A stretch of 64,000 nucleotides of DNA. Source: Laetmonice hystrix. Lineage: Eukaryota. The notes beneath the pieces are model-generated. The model was not told where the DNA came from and made no database searches. It worked only from the letters and a program-made list of their open reading frames with translations. The position numbers and the translations under genes are program-made. Where the stretch lies: the NCBI GenBank assembly GCA_965235115.1, contig OZ249436.1:46874001-46938000 (forward strand), read 5' to 3'. Shown in pieces: positions 53,349 through 64,000 of the stretch. Position 1 is the first letter of the stretch, and each line of letters begins with the position of its first letter.

Positions 53349-53665
53349 GGTCACCGGTCCACTGGTCACCGGTCCACTGGTCACTTGTCCACTGGTCACC
53401 GGTCCACTGGTCCACTGGTCACCGGTCCACTGGTCACCGGTCCACTGGTCACCGGTCCACTGGTCACCGGTCTGGGCGCATTGTCACATGCCTGTGCGCC
53501 TTGTCAGTGGTCTGGGCGCCTGGCCACAGGTCTGGGCGCCTCATGCGCCTGGTCAGAGGTCTGGCCGCCTAGTCATAGGTCTGGGCGCCTGGCCACAGGT
53601 TTGGACGCCTGGTCAGAGGTCTGGGCACCTTGTCACAGGTCTGGGCGCCTGGACACAGGTCTGGG
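53349..53665. repeat. Adjacent GC-rich minisatellites: 15-bp GGTCACCGGTCCACT followed by ~20-bp GGTCTGGGCGCCTGGCCACA
   Basis: Directly visible tandem copies; they generate the repetitive ORFs at 53203-53762. Confidence 0.9.
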
Positions 53666-53783
53666 TATCCGCCCCAGGCTCACCCAGCTCACGCCTTGTA
53701 GGAGATTTCTGACACGACAGAGATGGAGCACAGTTACACTCAGTCAACTTGAGTCCATGTGAACTCGGTTGTTAACGGATGTA

Positions 53784-56619
53784 GCCATCACTGTACACAC
53801 AGAGTGGTTCCATGTCTCTGACCTCACCAGACCCACCCGCTGAAATTAAGAGTCAAAGTCCTTCACACTCAGTACTTACAGACCCATCACTGTACACACA
53901 GAGTGGTTCCATGTCTCTGACCTCACCAGACCCACCCATTGAGAGGTTAAGTCAAAGTCCTTCACACTCAGTACAGACCCATCACTGTACACACGGAGTG
54001 GTTCCATGTCTCTGACCTCACCAGACCCACCCATTGAGAGGTTGAGTCAAAGTCCTTCACACTCAGTAACAGACCCATCACTGTACACACAGAGTGGTTC
54101 CATTTCTCTGACCTCACCAGACCCACCCATTGAGAGGTTAAGTCAAAGTCCTTCACACTCAGTACAGACCCATCACTGTACACACAGAGTGGTTCCATGT
54201 CTCTGACCTCACCAGACCCACTCATTGAGAGGTTGAGTCAAAGTCCTTCACACTCAGTACAGACCCATCACTGTACACACAGAGTGGTTCCATGTCTCTG
54301 ACCTCACCAGACCCACCCATTGAGAGGTTAGGTCAAAGTCCTTCACACTCAGTAACAGACCCATCACTGTACACACAGAGTGGTTCCATGTCTCTGACCT
54401 CACCAGACCCACCCATTGAGAGGTTGAGTCAAAGTCCTTCACACTCAGTAACAGACCCATCACTGTACACACAGAGTGGTTCCATGTCTCTGACCTCACC
54501 AGACCCACCCATTGAGAGGTTAAGTTAAAGTCCTTCACACTCAGTAACAGACCCATCACTGTACACACAGAGTGGTTCCATGTCTCTGACCTCACCAGAC
54601 CCACTCATTGAGAGGTTAAGAGTCAAAGTCCTTCACACTCAGTACAGACCCATCACTGTACACACGGAGTGGTTCCATGTCTCTGACCTCACCAGACCCA
54701 CCCATTGAGAGGTTAAGTTAAAGTCCTTCACACTCAGTAACAGACCCATCACTGTACACACAGAGTGGTTCCATGTCTCTGACCTCACCAGACCCACCCA
54801 TTGAGAGGTTAAGTCAAAGTCCTTCACACTCAGTACTTACAGACCCATCACTGTACACACAGAGTGGTTCCATGTCTCTGACCTCACCAGACCCACTCAT
54901 TGAGAGGTTAAGTCAAAGTCCTTCACACTCAGTACAGACCCATCACTGTACACACAGAGTGGTTCCATTTCTCTGACCTCACCAGACCCACTCATTGAGA
55001 GGTTGAGTCAAGGTCCTTCACACTCAGTACAGACCCATCACTGTACACACAGAGTGGTTCCATTTCTCTGACCTCACCAGACCCACTCATTGAGAGGTTG
55101 AGTCAAAGTCCTTCACACTCAGTACAGACCCATCACTGTACACACAGAGTGGTTCCATTTCTCTGACCTCACCAGACCCACTCATTGAGAGGTTGAGTCA
55201 AAGTCCTTCACACTCAGTACAGACCCATCACTGTACACACAGAGTGGTTCCATGTCTCTGACCTCACCAGACCCACCCATTGAGAGGTTAGGTCAAAGTC
55301 CTTCACACTCAGTAACAGACCCATCACTGTACACACAGAGTGGTTCCATGTCTCTGACCTCACCAGACCCACCCATTGAGAGGTTGAGTCAAAGTCCTTC
55401 ACACTCAGTAACAGACCCATCACTGTACACACAGAGTGGTTCCATGTCTCTGACCTCACCAGACCCACCCATTGAGAGGTTAAGTTAAAGTCCTTCACAC
55501 TCAGTAACAGACCCATCACTGTACACACAGAGTGGTTCCATGTCTCTGACCTCACCAGACCCACCCATTGAGAGGTTAAGTCAAAGTCCTTCACACTCAG
55601 TACTTACAGACCCATCACTGTACACACAGAGTGGTTCCATGTCTCTGACCTCACCAGACCCACCCATTGAGAGGTTGAGTCAAAGTCCTTCACACTCAGT
55701 ACTTACAGACCCATCACTGTACACACAGAGTGGTTCCATGTCTCTGACCTCACCAGACCCACCCATTGAGAGGTTAAGTCAAAGTCCTTCACACTCAGTA
55801 CAGACCCATCACTGTACACACAGAGTGGTTCCATGTCTCTGACCTCACCAGACCCACCCATTGAGAGGTTAAGTCAAAGTCCTTCACACTCAGTACTTAC
55901 AGACCCATCACTGTACACACAGAGTGGTTCCATGTCTCTGACCTCACCAGACCCACTCATTGAGAGGTTAAGAGTCAAAGTCCTTTACACTCAGTACAGA
56001 CCCATCACTGTACACACAGAGTGGTTCCATGTCTCTGACCTCACCAGACCCACCCATTGAGAGGTTAAGTTAAAGTCCTTCACACTCAGTAACAGGCCCA
56101 TCACTGTACACACAGAGTGGTTCCATGTCTCTGACCTCACCAGACCCACCCATTGAGAGGTTAAGTCAAAGTCCTTCACACTCAGTACAGACCCATCACT
56201 GTACACACAGAGTGGTTCCATGTCTCTGACCTCACCAGACCCACCCATTGAGAGGTTAAGTCAAAGTCCTTCACACTCAGTACAGACCCATCACTGCACA
56301 CACAGAGTGGTTCCATGTCTCTGACCTCACCAGACCCACTCATTGAGAGGTTGAGTCAAAGTCCTTCACACTCAGTAACAGACCCATCACTGTACACACA
56401 GAGTGGTTCCATGTCTCTGACCTCACCAGACCCACTCATTGAGAGGTTGAGTCAAAGTCCTTCACACTCAGTACTTACAGACCCATCTCTGTACACACGG
56501 AGTGGTTCCATGTCTCTGACCTCACCAGACCCACCCATTGAGAGGTTAGGTCAAAGTCCTTCACACTCAGTACTTACAGACCCATCACTGCACACACAGA
56601 GTGGTTCCATGTCTCTGAC
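53784..56619. repeat. ~96-bp satellite array, ~29-30 copies
   Basis: Unit CCCATCACTGTACACACAGAGTGGTTCCATGTCTCTGACCTCACCAGACCCACCCATTGAGAGGTTAAGTCAAAGTCCTTCACACTCAGTA(ctta/a)CAGA with small indel variants. Confidence 0.98.
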
Positions 56620-57457
56620 CGTTCACGCATTTAGGTATTCTGCTGAATTCTACCAGTTTCAGTTACAATACAGAGAGCTTTTCTCCCTTTCACAATATTT
56701 ATGCGATGTGACCAAGAAATCACTGACCCTAAAGAAAGATATTAGGTCATTCATTATCAATGGAATGAAACAAACAGGTTCATATTTTAAATGTCAATTT
56801 GTTTCCTCTATAATTCACATACACAAGGGACCATTTTGTAAAACGATTACATCGCACCCCTTAATTCATTTTCACTATCACTAACAAAACCTTCATATTG
56901 TATTCAATACAACAGCTTTTGCCATATTACGACCTGACTGTGACTGTCTACCCCGTGGCTGATTTAACCAAATTAATCCCCCGCTGAGGCAGTTCCATGA
57001 GCTTCTGTTAGCTCTAACATAGTTGTTAACATTCCCATTGAGAAATATGTGGTGATTAAATTGGACTACATAAAGTTTAACTTGCTGAAGTCTGGCTGTT
57101 CAACTGTTGGCAGCGGTTAGCTGTACCCATGTCCGTTATTTTGACAGGTGTCATTCAATGTCACTGACACCCGTCAAAAACACATTACGTTTACAACCTG
57201 GCATTCAAGGCAAGTGCCCGGAAACAAATACTCCAAAAGGTAAAATGCCACAGGTCAACTACGTTTAGATCAGAGACCTTCTCCATGGCATTTATAGCAG
57301 GGTATAAATCATACCACAGCCAACAGTTCGATATTGTGTACTAGAATGTTTCTCTTAGCACTGGGCAACTTCGAGTCAGTCCCAGTTAACACCACTAATC
57401 CCAGTAACCTCGATCTTTATCTATCTAACTACTGAATTATCCAAGTAATAAACGTGA

Positions 57458-58256
57458 CCAGTGGCAGTAAGTGACCAGTGGCAGTACATGTGGCCGGTGG
57501 TAGTAGTAGGCCTACAAGTGGCCGGTGGTAGTACAAGTGGCCGGTGGTAGTACAAGTGGCCGGTGGTAGTACAAGTGGCCGGTGGTAGTACAAGTGGCCG
57601 GTGGTAGTACAAGTGGCCGGTGGTGGTACAAGTGGCCGGTGGTAGTACAAGTGGCCGGTGGTGGTACAAGTGGCCGGTGGTAGTACAAGTGGCCGGTGGT
57701 AGTACAAGTGGCCGGTGGTAGTACCAGTGGCCAGTGGTAGTAGTAGGCCTACAAGTGGCCGGTGGTAGTACCAGTGGCCGGTGGTAGTACAAGTGGCCGG
57801 TGGTAGTACAAGTGGCCGGTGGTAGTAGTAGGCCTACAAGTGGCCGGTGGTAGTACAAGTGGCCGGTGGTAGTACAAGTGGCCGGTGGTAGTACAAGTGG
57901 CCGGTGGTAGTACCAGTGGCCGGTGGTAGTACAAGTGGCCGGTGGTAGTACAAGTGGCCGGTGGTAGTACAAGTGGCCGGTGGTAGTACAAGTGGCCGGT
58001 GGTAGTAGTAGGCCTACAAGTGGCCGGTGGTAGTAGTAAGCCTACAAGTGGCCGGTGGTAGTACAAGTGGCCGGTGGTAGTACAAGTGGCGGTGGTAGTA
58101 CAAGTGGCGGTGGTAGTACAAGTGACCGGTGGTAGTACAAGTGGCCGGTGGTAGTACAAGTGGCCGGTGGTAGTACAAGCGGCCGGCGGTAGTACAAGTG
58201 GCCGGCGGTAGTACAAGTGGCCGGTGGTAGTACAAGTGGCCGGTGGTAGTACAAGT
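57458..58256. repeat. 19-bp minisatellite (TACAAGTGGCCGGTGGTAG)n, ~40 copies, with periodic TAGTAGGCC insertion variants
   Basis: Directly visible. Confidence 0.97.
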
Positions 58257-59217
58257 CTGAAGTGGCCGATAGTACGGTACACACACACTCCTCAGACACC
58301 TTCAAGGCTTCAACATGCAGCAGGCATGGGGCGAGTTATGTACATGATCTCTGCTTGCAGTAGGGACAGCTAACCTCGGCGCTTGTGGTGGCGCTTGTAA
58401 TACGGCGGTATTCCATTTGTGGCACCGATCAGCATGCTATCGGTCAGGTGTACCCACCCACGCACCAGGTCACTGGCCGCCTACAACACCTGGTACTGTG
58501 GGGTTGCAGCCATCTGGGTTATTCCTCAGAGTAGAATCCCCATGAAAATAGGGGGTCTTCATGGGTCGATTTTAAACATGTACTTCTACATAATGTTTAA
58601 CATAACTTTCATATATGTCCTACCCCTCCACTACTATAACACCTCCAGTATATAAACGTATATGCTCAAGCAGGCAGTCACTACAGTCCTAAAAGTACCT
58701 AATAGGATCCAGGTATGATAAATGGCCATAGCGCCTGTAGCTTACTGTGGCGCCTGTAGCTAACTGTGGCGCCTGTAGCTTACTGTTGTCATGTTAATGC
58801 TTTATAATCAGGAAGTCAATGGAGACTGATTACCTTGTACCTGACTGACCTTGAGCCGGCCATGGCCGTGGGAGTCCGTGACACTGGCCTGTCGCAGTGC
58901 ACCTGAACTCACCTGAGTAGATCCCACCATGATTTCTTCACGAAATTTGGTGGGAAGAATTAAAAACCTCTCACTGTTCCTAGCCCCAAAGTTAATCTTA
59001 GACCCTAGGCCCGCCCCAGGTCTCCCCTCAAAATATATCTGTACCTGTAGCCCTGTCCCTTACCCCTTCCCCTCCCTGTGAGAAATAACCTCACATTGTC
59101 CGGTGGCGATGTACATGTACCTGAGCTGACCCACTCCGTCATCCACAACAGTAGACATCCACAGCAGCCTCTAACCTCGTTTTTAATCATAACATTCTTG
59201 TCATACCAGATAGGCCT

Positions 59218-59776
59218 ATAACATTTAGACTGGAGGAAATCTGAGGAGACTTATGGTGTTATATGTCAGGGATTTATAGTGCTGTGCCCCTGTTGTATGA
59301 ATCCTTACTGATAACATTTAGACTGGAGGAAATTTGAGGAGACTGATGGTGTTATATCTCACAGATTTATAGTGCTGTGCCCCTGTTATATGAACCCTTA
59401 CTGATAACATTTAGACTGGAGGAAATCTGAGTATAATGATGGTGTTATATCTCAGGGATTTATAGCGCTGTGCCCCTGTTGTATGAATCCTTACTGATGA
59501 CATTCAGACTGAGGAAATCTGACTTAGAATGATGGTGTTATATCTCAGGGATTTATAGTGCTGTGCCCCTGTTATATGAACCCTTACTGATAACATTTAG
59601 ACTGGAGGAAATCTGAGGAGACTGATGGTGTTATATCTCAGGGATTTATAGCACTGTGCCCCTGTTGTATGAATCCTTACTGATGACATTCAGACTGAGG
59701 AAATCTGACTTAGAATGATGGTGTTATATCTCAGGGATTTATAGTGCTGTGCCCCTGTTATATGAACTCTTACTGC
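59218..59776. repeat. 93-bp tandem repeat x6
   Basis: Units start at ~59218, 59311, 59404, 59497, 59590 and 59683. Confidence 0.95.
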
Positions 59777-62418
59777 ACACTGATTGCTCCAGTCTGGCAT
59801 CAATAATCATTGATGTTATGGAACTAGTCCATATCTGTCTTCCAGCTAAATAATATGATCAACCCAATCCCTCTTCGATATCTTCCGAAATCTGATCTGT
59901 ACTTCACGTCACTTTCACTCACAGATCTGTCAGTAAAACATTTAAACATGCTATCGTGTTGATTTTAAAACGTGTTCAATGAGTAAAAATATTACTATTT
60001 TCAGAAAAAAAAGGTACTGGTAAATTTTGTGATAACCTTAAACTCTCCAAGTCTGACAAACTTACAGTCTCATGCTTCTAGATCCGTCCCTATATGGAAA
60101 TATATATAGGTCTTGACCTCACTGGTATAGCCTTGTGTGTTTAACTGGTGCTGTCCACAAGAATGTGCCCACAAATGTCTCTGACAATTGACAATGAGAA
60201 CAGCCGTGTACCGGTACGCTGGAACAATTCACGACCACCTTCTTGTCCTGGAACCTCAGAGAGCTGACAGATGCAATCATATAGACCTGTGTTAATCCTC
60301 CAACTTGCCATTCCCCTGTGATGTATGTAACATACCATGTTAAGAAAAGTTGAGCCTACACTGCTGCATAGTTCTGTGTGCTGCTCAGCAAAAAATTTCA
60401 CTCAGCAAAACATGCACCACTCCTATAATGACACTTGCAAACCACACCTCTGCCTCATTATCTTCTTACATCCAAGTCTGAGGAGCGTTCAGGTACCAAA
60501 TCTGGCAGAAAAAAAAGTGTATAAAAAGTCCTTTTTCTCTATAAAAAAAAGTGCAGTACATGTTCTGACATTTCCATGAAATTTTGTGTAGGAAGATATT
60601 CATATTATGAATATTTTCCGGGGGCCCCTAAGACCCCCTCTAGGAGGGGACACTCTTTCCAGCACTGACCAGTGGCCAGTGCACTGGCGCACAGTGCCAC
60701 ATTGGTATCACTGACTTCCAGTTTCCACATTCCAGCAACACTGTTCTATTTTTTCCTAGCTAGAACCTTGAATGAAGAGACGGTTTTAAAAGGCTAAGTG
60801 CAGCCCTCCAGACATAGTGATAACGTAACATGCCCTACACCCTGCACCATGTCACAGGTTTGACACAGAATTTGGTGCATGTCACTTTTTGTCAGATGGG
60901 TGTCACTGTCAGAATCTGTGTCAAAGAATATTGTCTCATGTCATGACACTGTGGTAACTTATGTCAGGCTAACTACACCCTCAGCTCTAACCCTCATGGG
61001 TCATGTTGTGTGTGGGGGTGGTTAGAGTGGTGGGGGGGGGGGGGGGGCTGGTCATCTTGTGTGTGTGTGTGTGGGGGGGGGGGCTGGTCATCTTGTGTGT
61101 GTGTGTGGGGGGGGGGGGGGGCTGTCAAGGAAGTATGACAGTCAGACCAGTCTTCAGATTGGCAGAACTTTCTCACTGTCTATAAATGTGGGTTTCTTAA
61201 GGTGGTATTTTTGTAACAATATCCAGCATGGAGGGGGGGGGGGGGTGTCATGGCCTCATGGGGTTGGACCTGCCTTTCAACCTCAATTTTTCTTTTTCTC
61301 TCATAAAATTTAAATCTTATTGGACAATGTTGTACCCTCCTTTTGCTGGATTTCCCCCCTTGGACCCTCTTACTTAAATCCTTAAATCCACTTTTGGAGG
61401 CAGATCCTGGACTTTTGTATGGGGGGGGGGGGGGAGATTGGTTAGGGAAAGAATTTGCCAAGGCAGGGGGGTTCAGCATGGTCATTCTCAATTCAGAAAG
61501 TATAATAAAAGTAAAATTGGTTGCCAAGGGGGGGGGGGGCCGGTTAACCCCCTAAAGCCCCCTCTGGATCTGCCACTATTCAGTGTAAGTCAATATCGTA
61601 CTATAGGCTATGCTGTATTATAAAACTACTAGACACCAATACAATAATATATTTCTGATGTCTCTACACCAGCTAAATTGTGTACAACACTGAACTCAAT
61701 GGCCTACCCAGAAACTGGACCCAGGGGGGTGCCAGAAATAACCAACGTCGTAGGCGCTGCAATTTGGGAGGGAGCTGTGGGCAACAACTTGAACAAGCGC
61801 ACAAAAAACAAATTGGGCAAATTGGGGGGGGGGGGGGGGGGGGGGGGGTGCAAGCACCATGCACCCCCCCCCCCCCCGGGTACGAGGACCTCCTATGAGT
61901 TTAGAAATCAGCATCAAATTATGGTCAGTCATATTAATCCACACTCCAATATTTTTGACGTTTTCTTCTGTCACATCACATGATGCCACAGTCACAGAGA
62001 CTCAGTCACTTTCATTAGTACTAGTACTAGTAGTAGTACTAGTAGTATACTTATAATACTACACGTAGGCCTACTCACTGCAGTGTCAGTGACATAGCCG
62101 GTGATGATACCGTCCGTGGACTTGTTAGCGTTACTCACAAACTGGCTACCAGTAGAGGGGCAAAATCTGTTATAACAACATGAAATACACACCGGACTAA
62201 TATGTCGACAGTACAGCCGTCGTGGAATGGTAGCAGCCCTTACTGCACGGTGCTACTGGCATCGGACCCTTGCCCAACTGGATCTCTTTCGTCGATCTCG
62301 ACGCTGTCACAAGGCCGGGGAAGTCCTGCCCTAGTTTCTCACCCTGAACTTCCTGTACACAGATTACAGCTTCTCGACATTCTAATACTAGAGTAGAGCA
62401 TAGGACAGGTTTAATTAC

Positions 62419-62575
62419 CTCGTACTCATGTAATGTCACCTTGGTGTAAGCCGCTGGGTTGGCATGCGGGACGTCTACCGGCAAAACACGGTGTCCCCAC
62501 TCGTAAACTGTTGATCACATCCAGGTGGGACACACTCCGGAAGTCACGCGTGACCCAGTGCGCACGCGCATACTG
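62419..62575 (-). promoter_or_regulatory. Candidate promoter/first exon of iRhom
   Basis: CpG-rich cluster: ETS CCGGAAGT 62537-62544, palindrome GTCACGCGTGAC 62543-62554, NRF1-like TGCGCACGCGCA 62559-62570. Minus-strand donor GAG|GTAATT at 62419/62418. The iRhom ATG exon has an acceptor at 49108 and so needs an upstream exon. Confidence 0.45.
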
Positions 62576-63551
62576 GCCACTTGGCGAGGGATTTTTAAAG
62601 GGACACCACTGACTATCCGCAAAGACCAATGTTCATAGATCTTTGCTATTAGCAAGAACAAACGGTTAACCATAGTCTTTACCCAGTGTAGACTGCCAAT
62701 AGATAATAGAGGTCTATCCTATAGCCACCATAGGGCGTACCCGGCGTACGCCCCCCCCCAGCTTGTTGGCCCAGCGTTTGTAAGAAAAAGGGTAGACTCT
62801 ATATAGATAGGTACTGGGTTCATGCATTAAAGGCCTACAGCTATGTGCCTAAGACTAGAGTCCTTTAATTATTGCAGAATGCACCAGATAGGCCTAGGCC
62901 TAGCATCAAATAGGACCCTACACATGTTTCAAAACTTTCGAGGGGGGGGGTAGCCTATTATGCCCCTAGATGAGGGGTGATCTACGCCCCCCCCCCCCCT
63001 TTGGTGGATTCCTGGCTACGTCACTGTCTATCTTTTCTCACTTTTTCATGTTTTTCAAGTCCCCCCCCCACGATTGGCACAAACCTGGATCCGCCCCTGC
63101 CCCCTGCGCCCTCCCCTTTTAAGGGGGAGAAGGGTTCAGTATTAGTTCTGTTATGCCCTGGGGGCTTTGGTACCATGCCTATAGAGTTGGGCCTAGCCGC
63201 GCTATGCATAGCCTATGACATGACCGGGATATGATGAATCGCAGTCCAAAATGTTTTCCTCGGGCTCTGCTATTTTCCAAAATAGCTGTGCCATTAGAGA
63301 GGTCAAGTTGACAAGTAGAGAGGCCCAGCTTTAAAACAATTCAATAATATTCAATCTCATAATTAGGCCTACCCGGTACTGTAGGCCTACCTTTAATTCT
63401 ACAGGCATGTGGCCCCGCCTTTTACTTTTTTCTCTTTGAACGTTTCGTTGGTTGGGGATGTATAACTCGCTAAAGCGAAGGAAGAGTTGCCTCCATAAAT
63501 CTCCAATTTTCACCTACGCCCTGCAGGTCTTTTAAAAATTAGTTTCATTAA

Positions 63552-64000
63552 AGGGGCATGCTATGAAACACGTTTTTGCGGCAATTATCCAACATGACCG
63601 TGTACTAGGGATCCAAGTAAATAATCCTACCACAGCATTTTGTCCTCCGACGTGTTTTCGCTGCGTATGCAGCACAAGTATACGACCAAACCTAGGCCTA
63701 TAGATTTTTCCCGATAGCACATCTCCCGCCATAATTTGGCGGACAACCCCCCCATCAACCCGCGTAATTGCATACTGTGTCACATCCTGTGTGTGCACGC
63801 TCTGCATGTGCTTAGTCACGTGCCTTGCTTAGTTGTAAACAATTCAGCAGTGGCACTCGATCGCCCGGCATCAGAATGCCACCCAAAAAATATTTTATGC
63901 AATCGGCAGAGAAGCGGCAAGGGAGCTTAATAAACTTCGATTTCTCACGCAAAATGAAACTGATAAGTCTGTCTTTGTTTACTAAGCAATTTTAATGAAG
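63552..64000. mobile_element. Second copy of the Kolobok-like element (truncated by the window end)
   Basis: TTAA|AGGGGCATGCTATGAAACACG..., colinear and highly similar to 48091 onward. Confidence 0.9.

Noticed and set aside
53812..58305. Many repetitive ORFs (MSLTSPDPPIERL..., YYHRPLVLPPAT...)
   Set aside because: Translations of satellite DNA with frequent frameshifting indels between units.
59494..59545. CTGATGA...GAAA in the 93-bp repeat, resembling a hammerhead ribozyme core
   Set aside because: No foldable stem II between CUGAUGA and GAAA (the CAG/CTG arms are 1 nt apart), no evident stem III/UH, and most units have CTGATAA. An Infernal search with hammerhead models would settle it.
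60994..62056. Gly/Pro-rich ORFs
   Set aside because: Produced by poly-G/poly-C tracts of MITE remnants and simple repeats.

Overview
Eukaryotic (metazoan) genomic DNA, AT-rich and intron-dense; it resembles a marine invertebrate such as a mollusc, which is inference only. Five spliced protein-coding genes were rebuilt exon by exon with consistent reading-frame phases: LENG8-like (+, 5'-partial, to 5006), CENP-M (-, 9705-12316, essentially missed by the ORF track), RRN3/TIF-IA (+, 14484-22270, head-to-head with CENPM), MRPL12 (-, 24210-26180) and an inactive rhomboid iRhom/RHBDF (-, 31135-49021, with a 5' UTR exon probably near 62.5 kb). Introns hold several non-autonomous TIR elements and many minisatellites. 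Most notable: (1) five independent tandem arrays whose repeat unit contains an authentic splice site plus adjacent exon sequence, giving up to ~46 decoy splice sites; in the four arrays translated, the alternative sites lead to a premature stop. (2) An excess of TA-[GGCC/CATG/CCGG]-TA palindromes that look like transposon-excision scars, with one insertion visible by comparing two MITE copies. (3) A decoy/poison splice-site architecture at the 3' end of LENG8. No CRISPR, rRNA, tRNA or autonomous transposase was found. All homology calls are by eye from remembered family motifs, not from database searches.
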